NCBI GenBank assembly: GCA_044892505.1
Contig: CM097882.1
Location: 172,422,001-172,486,000 of the forward strand
Origin: Schmidtea nova
Taxonomy: Eukaryota
DNA: 64,000 bases
Direction: 5' to 3'
Shown here: positions 13,701 to 25,803 of the stretch, piece by piece
Numbering within the stretch: the first letter of the stretch is position 1
Layout of the letters: the number at the start of each line of letters is the position of its first letter
Notes under the pieces: generated by a model
What the model saw: only the letters and a program-made list of their open reading frames with translations
Database searches by the model: none
What the model was told of the DNA's origin: nothing
Position numbers and translations under genes: made by a program

Positions 13701-14286
13701 ATATATATATATATATATATATTTTTAAAACTAACTTTATTTGTTTCTTTATTTGTTACTTTATTCATTTTCATCAATCAATACTATTTACAAGTTGTAT
13801 TTATATTGCAAAAATCAACCAATTTAATAACCAACCAATGATTGAAAGTTTTGCTAAACTGTTACATTGAAATGATGATAAGTGACATTGAAAATTAGGT
13901 AACAATATATTTATTATTAGAAATATGTTCAAGTAATGAGCTTTTGCACATAAAAACCATCACAGAATAGGTTCTGCTACTAGGGTTCTGCTCGCAATGT
14001 TCTGCTACTAAATGTTCTGTCACTATGACAAATACATGAAAAATTATCATACTATTGAGATAATCATACAAATTATTCTTAAATTATAGTACAAATATAT
14101 CAAAAATATTTGAAATATACATTACATACTTGAAATATTATCACAAAGTATCATTACATACATGAAATATCTTCATGCTATTGGACAAAATATATACAAA
14201 ATATCATCATACTGCAATTACATCGAAAATCACCAAAATTATACACAAAATATGAAAAGTACATAGAAATTCGTCACATACAAAAA

Positions 14287-14345
<59 letters not shown>

Positions 14346-15299
14346 CAAAAATACATACAAAATACATAGAAATCTATCACATATGTACAAAATATCATCA
14401 TACTATAGTGAATAAATATACATACAAAATATCAGAAATACAAACATACATAAAATTTCATCTTACTATAGTTTGATAACATAGAAATACTTGAAATATC
14501 CACAAAATACAGAAACTAACCAAGATATATATATATATATAGTCATCATACATACAAAATATCACATATAAGAAATATCATTACAGATTATCACATGCAT
14601 GTAATATTATTATTATTATAGTGCAAATTCCATAGAAAATAACAAAGGGACATGAAATATCATCACAAAATTATAGGAAATTTCCACACATTAGAAATAC
14701 ATACAATATTAATCAAAAAAGAATATTATCATACCAGTGCAAAATTATTACATTGCACAAAAGGTTATCATATATATGAAATATTATTATACTTTTATGT
14801 AAAGTACAAAGAAAAATACAAACATATACACAAAATATACACAAAATATATCATCATACTATAATTTAACAGTAATAAATACTCACAAAATATCAAAGAT
14901 TTACAAACAAAATACACAAAAGATTATAATATTATTGTTTGATAACATAAAAATACATTGAAATACATAGAAAATTATTAAAATACATACATGAAATAAT
15001 ATTACACAAAAGGTTATAACATACATGAAATATCTACATACAAAATATCAAAAGTACATAGAGATAAATCCTATACGCAAAAGATATCATTACATATATG
15101 AAATATTATGACAAAATATCTTTACATAGATGAAATATCATCATACTTTAATGAAAATACAGACAAAATATTATCATGCTATATTCCAAATACACTTAAT
15201 ATTAAAAAGAAATATCATACATACATACACAAAGGATATCATTCACATGAAAAGTTGTCATGTTATAGTCAAAAGCATGAATTATTATCATACTAGTGT

Positions 15300-15369
<70 letters not shown>

Positions 15370-18300
15370 CAAATAATGTATCATACATACAAAGGATATC
15401 ATTACAAAGTATCATTACATACATTAAATATCATCACACTATAGTACAATTAAATAGATAATCATCAAAAAATATACAGAAATTAAATCAAATTCACAAC
15501 AATATTCATTAGAAATATCTACATACTTGTGCAATTACATAATAAATATCAAAATTATATGAAATATCATCACATATGACATATTATCATACATACACAA
15601 AGGATATAATATCACATACTTAGAAAATTATTATCACATACAAAATATCAAAAGTTCATTACACATGCAAAATATAATTACATATATCATTATACTATAA
15701 TTTAACAGTAATAAATGTTTAACTAATGAGCTTTTGCACATAAAAACCATCACAAAAGATGTTCTGCTACTAGGGTTCTGTTCGCAATGTTTTGCTAGCA
15801 ATGTTCTGCTACTGAATAAATTTGATGAAAATGTAACAATGTATTATGAATGAAAATAAATATTTCAAACATTACAGTAATTTCTACTTTAAAATGAGGT
15901 TGAATGCATGAAATGTCATCATACTATAGTGCAAATACATGAAATACTCTTTAAATACATGACTTTAGATGCATCAAATATTATCTTACTATAGTTTGAT
16001 AACATAGAAAAAATATATAGAAATCATCAAAATTATACAAAATATTAAAAATAGATTATATTAAATATCATCACAAAGTACATAGAAAATCATAAAAATA
16101 CACAGAAATTCATCAAATCCACAACAATAATCATTAAAGAAATATCTACATACTAGTGTAATTACATAACAAAATATCTGAAAATATATGTTATATCATC
16201 ACAAATATGAAATATTATCATATACAAAGGATATAATCACATACAAAAGTTCATTACACGTACAAAATATACTATCATATATCAACATACCTTAATGTAA
16301 CAGTAATAATTGTTCAAGTAATGAGCTGTTGCACATAAAAACCATCACAAAAGATGTTCTGATACTAGGGTTCTGCTACTAAATGTTCTGCTAGTTATGT
16401 TATGCTACAGTATAAAATTAATGAAAGTTATATGAATGGAAATAAATGTTTCAAACATTACAGTAAATTCTACTTTAAAATGAGGTTGAATGCATGAAAT
16501 ATCGTCATACTATAGTGCAAATACATTAAAATACTCACAAAATGATATTAGATACATCAAATATTATCTTACTGTAGTTTGATAACATATTAAAAATAGA
16601 TCATATAAAATTTCATCACAAAATACATAGATATTCATGTACAAATTATCACAAAAAAAAGAAAAAAATACAAACATACACAAAATATTATCACAAAATA
16701 TCACAAATACATTAGAAATACATATCAAATATATATATGAAATGTCATCACAAAGTATCATTAAATATATGAAATATCATAATTCTATAGCGTAATTACA
16801 AGAAAATATCCACAAATTCTCACAAATACTATGAAATTTATCAAAAATACATTGAAATTCATCAAAAATACATTGAAATTCATCAAACAAGAAATATTCA
16901 CATAATAATTGTCATTAAAAGAGTATCAGTAATTGTAATATACTTTCACAATTTGCCTGTTACATTGATCGAAGCTCATATGCTAATGATTGTTATTTTA
17001 GTACATGTGTGAATAATAAGCTTTTGCACATAAAAACCATCACAAAAGATGTTCTGTTACTAAAGGTTCTGTTCGAAATGTTCGGCTAGTGGATAAATTT
17101 AATGAAAATTATACGAGTGACAATAATTTGTTAGAGTAAATTCTACATTAAAATGAGGAAAACCAATAGAGAAAATATTAATTGGTGAAAATATTAGAAC
17201 AAATGATGCTGAATGAATTGCAATAAATGTTCGAGTAATAAGCTTTAGCAGATAAAAACCATCACAGAATAGGTTCTGATACTAAATGTTCTGTTCGCAA
17301 TGTTCTGCTAGCATGAAATTAATATAATAATAATAAAATGATAGTCTGTGACAAAATAAAATGTTGAAATAGTTATTGGAAATATATAGTCTGTAACAAA
17401 AATGTGAAATAATTATTGGAAATATATAGTCTGTGACAAAATAATTATTGGAAATACGCACGAAAATAAATTAAAATAATATCAAACTGTACATCATAGT
17501 TTTAATTTCTTGTAAAAAACAAAGCAAGTTATCAAAATTCATGTTCTAAATAAAATTTTACAATTTAAAATACCACAACGTAAAATATTTATAAAGTACC
17601 ACAACGTAATAAAAGCTGGTATATATCTATTACAATTTTATAAGTAATTCATTTTTAACTATGAACTGTCAACAATATAATGATAATAAAGTTAATGAAC
17701 CTATTTCAATAAATGGAGTTTCGATGCCTGAAAGTCCTAAACTTTCAAGAAAACTTTCAAGTAAATTTATATTTATTTTTTATAAAGTTATTATTATAAT
17801 ATTTATTAGAAAAATATAAAGAAATCAAGAGTCCAATTGAAGAATTGCAGAACATAATAAATTCTTACTTGGACTCCAAAGAACGATTAATTATCAAGCT
17901 TCGAAAAAAGAACATTCAGATAATCAAGTTGAAAATAGAAAATGAAAGAAATTGAATGAAATCCAAGAATCGAAAGATGATCAATAAAATATTTTTAATA
18001 GTTTTTTAGTTATTTTTTCTTCTATAACATTTGAGTTAAAATTTTATTAGTATAGTTGTTGTTGTATTAAATAATAAACATGTTAAGTAAATAATCTTTT
18101 TCAATGTATAGTAAAGCTATCGAGTTTTTGTTATATCATCCTATTTAAAATTTTATTAGTATAGTTGTTATATTAAATAATAAACATGTAAAGTAAATAA
18201 CCTTTTTGAATGTATAGATACAATATTTATAGTAAAGCTATTGATGACATATATGAATATTTAAAGATATGAAGAGGTAAAATAATAAATGTCATACTTC

Positions 18301-20722
18301 AGACCATATTTTTAATCTTGCGATGAAATTATTAAAAAGCTTGAATATGTTATGATGGATATGTTTCTTAGGATATCTTGCTTGATACTTTGTTTTTAAA
18401 CATCTGACAAAATCCCCTAAATTATTATTTATATCTCAAATGAATTACTTATAAAATTGTAATAGATATATACCAGCTTTTATTACGTTGTGGTACTTTA
18501 TAAATATTTTACGTTGTGGTATTTTAAATTGTAAAATTTTATTTAGAACATGAATTTTGATAACTTGCTTTGTTTTTTACAAGAAATTAAAACTATGATG
18601 TACAGTTTGATATTATTTTAATTTATTTTCGTGCGTATTTCCAATAATTATTTTGTCACAGACTATATATTTCCAATAATTATTTCACATTTTTGTTACA
18701 GACTATATATTTCCAATAACTATTTCAACATTTTATTTTGTCACAGACTATCATTTTATTATTATTATATTAATTTCATGCTAGCAGAACATTGCGAACA
18801 GAACATTTAGTATCAGAACCTATTCTGTGATGGTTTTTATCTGCTAAAGCTTATTACTCGAACATTTATTGCAATTCATTCAGCATCATTTGTTCTAATA
18901 TTTTCACCAATTAATATTTTCTCTATTGGTTTTCCTCATTTTAATGTAGAATTTACTCTAACAAATTATTGTCACTCGTATAATTTTCATTAAATTTATC
19001 CACTAGCCGAACATTTCGAACAGAACCTTTAGTAACAGAACATCTTTTGTGATGGTTTTTATGTGCAAAAGCTTATTATTCACACATGTACTAAAATAAC
19101 AATCATTAGCATATGAGCTTCGATCAATGTAACAGGCAAATTGTGAAAGTATATTACAATTACTGATACTCTTTTAATGACAATTATTATGTGAATATTT
19201 CTTGTTTGATGAATTTCAATGTATTTTTGATGAATTTCAATGTATTTTTGATAAATTTCATAGTATTTGTGAGAATTTGTGGATATTTTCTTGTAATTAC
19301 GCTATAGAATTATGATATTTCATATATTTAATGATACTTTGTGATGACATTTCATATATATATTTGATATGTATTTCTAATGTATTTGTGATATTTTGTG
19401 ATAATATTTTGTGTATGTTTGTATTTTTTTCTTTTTTTTGTGATAATTTGTACATGAATATCTATGTATTTTGTGATGAAATTTTATATGATCTATTTTT
19501 AATATGTTATCAAACTACAGTAAGATAATATTTGATGTATCTAATATCATTTTGTGAGTATTTTAATGTATTTGCACTATAGTATGACGATATTTCATGC
19601 ATTCAACCTCATTTTAAAGTAGAATTTACTGTAATGTTTGAAACATTTATTTCCATTCATATAACTTTCATTAATTTTATACTGTAGCATAACATAACTA
19701 GCAGAACATTTAGTAGCAGAACCCTAGTATCAGAACATCTTTTGTGATGGTTTTTATGTGCAACAGCTCATTACTTGAACAATTATTACTGTTACATTAA
19801 GGTATGTTGATATATGATAGTATATTTTGTACGTGTAATGAACTTTTGTATGTGATTATATCCTTTGTATATGATAATATTTCATATTTGTGATGATATA
19901 ACATATATTTTCAGATATTTTGTTATGTAATTACACTAGTATGTAGATATTTCTTTAATGATTATTGTTGTGGATTTGATGAATTTCTGTGTATTTTTAT
20001 GATTTTCTATGTACTTTGTGATGATATTTAATATAATCTATTTTTAATATTTTGTATAATTTTGATGATTTCTATATATTTTTTCTATGTTATCAAACTA
20101 TAGTAAGATAATATTTGATGCATCTAAAGTCATGTATTTAAAGAGTATTTCATGTATTTGCACTATAGTATGATGACATTTCATGCATTCAACCTCATTT
20201 TAAAGTAGAAATTACTGTAATGTTTGAAATATTTATTTTCATTCATAATACATTGTTACATTTTCATCAAATTTATTCAGTAGCAGAACATTGCTAGCAA
20301 AACATTGCGAACAGAACCCTAGTAGCAGAACATCTTTTGTGATGGTTTTTATGTGCAAAAGCTCATTAGTTAAACATTTATTACTGTTAAATTATAGTAT
20401 AATGATATATGTAATTATATTTTGCATGTGTAATGAACTTTTGATATTTTGTATGTGATAATAATTTTCTAAGTATGTGATATTATATCCTTTGTGTATG
20501 TATGATAATATGTCATATGTGATGATATTTCATATAATTTTGATATTTATTATGTAATTGCACAAGTATGTAGATATTTCTAATGAATATTGTTGTGAAT
20601 TTGATTTAATTTCTGTATATTTTTTGATGATTATCTATTTAATTGTACTATAGTGTGATGATATTTAATGTATGTAATGATACTTTGTAATGATATCCTT
20701 TGTATGTATGATACATTATTTG

Positions 20723-20812
<90 letters not shown>

Positions 20813-21766
20813 ACACTAGTATGATAATAATTCATGCTTTTGACTATAACATGACAACTTTTCATGTGAATGATATCCTTTGTGTATGTATGTATGATAT
20901 TTCTTTTTAATATTAAGTGTATTTGGAATATAGCATGATAATATTTTGTCTGTATTTTCATTAAAGTATGATGATATTTCATCTATGTAAAGATATTTTG
21001 TCATAATATTTCATATATGTAATGATATCTTTTGCGTATAGGATTTATCTCTATGTACTTTTGATATTTTGTATGTAGATATTTCATGTATGTTATAACC
21101 TTTTGTGTAATATTATTTCATGTATGTATTTTAATAATTTTCTATGTATTTCAATGTATTTTTATGTTATCAAACAATAATATTATAATCTTTTGTGTAT
21201 TTTGTTTGTAAATCTTTGATATTTTGTGAGTATTTATTACTGTTAAATTATAGTATGATGATATATTTTGTGTATATTTTGTGTATATGTTTGTATTTTT
21301 CTTTGTACTTTACATAAAAGTATAATAATATTTCATATATATGATAACCTTTTGTGCAATGTAATAATTTTGCACTGGTATGATAATATTCTTTTTTGAT
21401 TAATATTGTATGTATTTCTAATGTGTGGAAATTTCCTATAATTTTGTGATGATATTTCATGTCCCTTTGTTATTTTCTATGGAATTTGCACTATAATAAT
21501 AATAATATTACATGCATGTGATAATCTGTAATGATATTTCTTATATGTGATATTTTGTATGTATGATGACTATATATATATATATATCTTGGTTAGTTTC
21601 TGTATTTTGTGGATATTTCAAGTATTTCTATGTTATCAAACTATAGTAAGATGAAATTTTATGTATGTTTGTATTTCTGATATTTTGTATGTATATTTAT
21701 TCACTATAGTATGATGATATTTTGTACATATGTGATAGATTTCTATGTATTTTGTATGTATTTTTG

Positions 21767-21807
<41 letters not shown>

Positions 21808-24800
21808 TTTTTGTATGTGACGAATTTCTATGTACTTTTCATATTTTGTGTATAATTTTGGTGATTTTCGATGTAATTGCAGTATGATGATATTTTGTAT
21901 ATATTTTGTCCAATAGCATGAAGATATTTCATGTATGTAATGATACTTTGTGATAATATTTCAAGTATGTAATGTATATTTCAAATATTTTTGATATATT
22001 TGTACTATAATTTAAGAATAATTTGTATGATTATCTCAATAGTATGATAATTTTTCATGTATTTGTCATAGTGACAGAACATTTAGTAGCAGAACATTGC
22101 GAGCAGAACCCTAGTAGCAGAACCTATTCTGTGATGGTTTTTATGTGCAAAAGCTCATTACTTGAACATATTTCTAATAATAAATATATTGTTACCTAAT
22201 TTTCAATGTCACTTATCATCATTTCAATGTAACAGTTTAGCAAAACTTTCAATCATTGGTTGGTTATTAAATTGGTTGATTTTTGCAATATAAATACAAC
22301 TTGTAAATAGTATTGATTGATGAAAATGAATAAAGTAACAAATAAAGAAACAAATAAAGTTAGTTTTAAAAATATATATATATATATATATATATTTAAA
22401 TTAATTATTTTAAACTAGGTTACAGATAATTTCATTACTTTGGACAATTGGATATAATCATTTTTAATACTTGATGACCTTTTAACATCGATTGAGAAAT
22501 GCGATATCGACATTCTTTCAAAATTATTCAAATCCTTCAATAATAAATTAATTATTGGTTTAACAGAATCATTCGGATATGATAAATCCATGATGAAATT
22601 ATCCAGTTTTTTTATGATTCTTAATGATATCGATTCTACTGAATTCAATTTGAATACCATTTTCTGGTCATGTATGGAATTTCGACTTGGAAAATATCGT
22701 ACTATTATTCGAACTTTCATGCTGAATGTGGATATTTTAGAGGTAAATGTAACCAAGAAATTGGAAGAAATCAAACAAAGATTTCTCACATGTTCAATAT
22801 GTAATATAAATAGAGTTGGCATTTTATATTTACCTTGTGGACATGTCATTATTTGTTCAAAATGTTTAAAAAATATTGATAAGTGTGAGTCTTGTGGTAT
22901 TAATATTGATGAATATCATGTGATATACATATAATGTCGTACAAAAATATATGTATTTTCATTTAATTTATTTTTATCATTGGCTAAGATAATGCACTTT
23001 GTGATTAATAATAATTAGTCTTTTTTTGACATCTTGTCTTTGTTAACTTGGCTTGCAACTGCAATGTCTTTGTTAACTTGCATCTGTTTTGCAATGTCTT
23101 TGTTAGTATTGCACATGAATTGCAGCGTCAAAATAGGTAGGAAAATAAATATATATTACGTTGTGGTAGTTTAATTATTTTATTTTGACATCTTGAAGGT
23201 TTGAAAACATATACAAACACACATCTCAAATATCTTTCGCATGATATTTATATAGTTTTAAAAATTTTTGAACTCTTGAATAATTTTGAATATTTTTGAA
23301 TATTTTTTATTAACTTGCATGTATGTCTTTGTTAACTTGTATCCACATTGCAATGTCTTTGTTAACTTGCATATGTATTGCAATGTCTTTGTTAACTTGC
23401 ATATGTATTGCAATGTCTTTGTTAACATGCATATGTATTGCAATGTCTTTGTTAACTTGCATATGTATTGCAATGTCTTTGTTAACTTGCATATGTATTG
23501 CAATGTCTTTGTTAACTTGCATATGTATTGTTTTGGATATACAATGTCTCTGTTTNNNNNNNNNNNNNNNNNNNNNNNNNNNNNNNNNNNNNNNNNNNNN
23601 NNNNNNNNNNNNNNNNNNNNNNNNNNNNNNNNNNNNNNNNNNNNNNNNNNNNNNNNNNNNNNNNNNNNNNNNNNNNNNNNNNNNNNNNNNNNNNNNNNNN
23701 NNNNNNNNNNNNNNNNNNNNNNNNNNNNNNNNNNNNNNNNNNNNNNNNNNNNNNNNNNNNNNNNNNNNNNNNNNNNNNNNNNNNNNNNNNNNNNNNNNNN
23801 NNNNNNNNNNNNNNNNNNNNNNNNNNNNNNNNNNNNNNNNNNNNNNNNNNNNNNNNNNNNNNNNNNNNNNNNNNNNNNNNNNNNNNNNNNNNNNNNNNNN
23901 NNNNNNNNNNNNNNNNNNNNNNNNNNNNNNNNNNNNNNNNNNNNNNNNNNNNNNNNNNNNNNNNNNNNNNNNNNNNNNATTTGTTAACTTGCATATGTAT
24001 TGCAATGTCTTTGTTAACTTGCATATGTATTGCAATGTCTTTGTTAACTTGCATCTGTATTGCAATGTCTTTGTAAGCATGTTGCTTACACTGCATGGGT
24101 ACTGTAATGTCTTTGTTAGTATGTTGCTTACAATGCATGGGTACTGTAATGTCTTTGTTAAGGTGTTTTGACAATGATATGTCTTTGTTTTATCAAATGA
24201 TGCTGAATGAAGTTGAATTGTAATTAATGTTCGAGTAATAAGCTTTGGCAGATAAAAACCATCACAAAAGATGTTCTGATAGTAAATGTTCTGCTAGTAA
24301 ATGTTCGTGTCTCTGTTTAGTTATTTTGGTATTGATATGTCTTTGTTTAGGTGTTTTGCAATGAAATGTCTTTGTTATGAAATTTGGCAATGAAATGTCT
24401 TTGTTATGAAATTTGGCAATGAAATGTCTTTGTTTAGTTTTTTGGTAATGAATTGTCTTTGTTATGAAATTTTGCAATGAAATGTCTTTGTTTAGTTTTT
24501 TGGCATTGAAATGTCTTTGTTATGAAATTTGGCATTGAAATGTCTTTGTTATGAAATTTTGCAATGAAATGTCTTTGTTATGAAATTTGGCAATGAAATG
24601 TCTTTGTTTAGTTTTTGGCAATGAATTGTCTTTGTTATGAAATTTTGCAATGAAATGTCTTTGTTATGAAATTTTGCAATGAAATGTCTTTGTTTAGTTT
24701 TTTGGCATTGAAATGTCTTTGTTATGAAATTTTGCAATGAAATGTCTTTGTTTAGTTTTTTGGCATTGAAATGTCTTTGTTATGAAATTTGGCATTGTTG

Positions 24801-25223
24801 TGTCTTTGTTATGAAATTTGGCATTGAAATGTCTTTGTTATGAAATTTTGCAATGAAATGTCTTTGTTTAGTTTTTTGGCATTGAAGTGTCTTTGTTATG
24901 AAATTTTTCAATGAAATGTCTTTATTATGAAATTTGGCAAAGAAATGTCTTTGTTTACGTTGCATGTGGATTGCAATGTCTTTGTTAATGTTGCACATGT
25001 GTTGCAAAGTGTTACCTTTTGTTTGATACATATATTACATAGTTTTATAAATTTTGAACCTTGGACCCTTCGAGGGTCGACCACCCACCTTCAATGGTAT
25101 GTCCATTAAACTCATTTATCAATTACCTTTTGTTTGATACATATATTACATAGTTTTAAAAATTTTGAACCTTGGACCCTTCGAGGGTTGACCATCATAC
25201 TCAACTCTCAATTACCTTTTGTT

Positions 25224-25290
<67 letters not shown>

Positions 25291-25753
25291 GGTTTGAAAA
25301 GATTTGAAGGTTTTTGACCCCTTGAAGGTTTAGCACCCACCATAGACCTTCGAGGGTATGACCATTGTGTGCACATCTCAATTACCCTTTGTTTGATATA
25401 TAACTTGTAATGTTTAAAATTTTTTGAAGGTTTTGCACCCTTTGAAGGTTGAGCACCCACCATAAACCTTCGAGGGTATGACCATTGTGTGCACATCTCA
25501 GTTACCTTTTGTTTGATATATTACACACAAGCTTTAAAAAACGTTGAATGTTTTGGACCCTTTGAAGGTTGAGCACCCACCATTGACCTTCGAGGGTATG
25601 ACCAGCATACCTACTTCTCAAATACCTTTCGAATGATATATATATTATAAGGTTTGAAAAAGGTTGAAGGTTTTGCACCCTTTGAAGGTTGAGCACCCGC
25701 CATAGACCTTCGAGGGTATGACCAGCATACCTACCTCTCAAATACCTTTCGAA

Positions 25754-25803
<50 letters not shown>

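Larger units (their letters stand above)
9397..17654 (+). repeat. Left inverted arm (~8.26 kb)
   Basis: Reverse complement of 18438-26638, differing by SNPs and repeat copy numbers. Confidence 0.95.

Noticed and set aside
14652-21460. Short Tyr/Ile/His-rich ORFs in the G-poor tract and (TA)n runs
   Set aside because: Low-complexity consequences of base skew and microsatellites.
22455-22457. CAA/TAA difference as evidence for a TAA=Gln genetic code
   Set aside because: About 1,270 dynein codons contain no in-frame TAA or TAG, and the RING ORF itself ends in TAA at a typical RING C-terminus.
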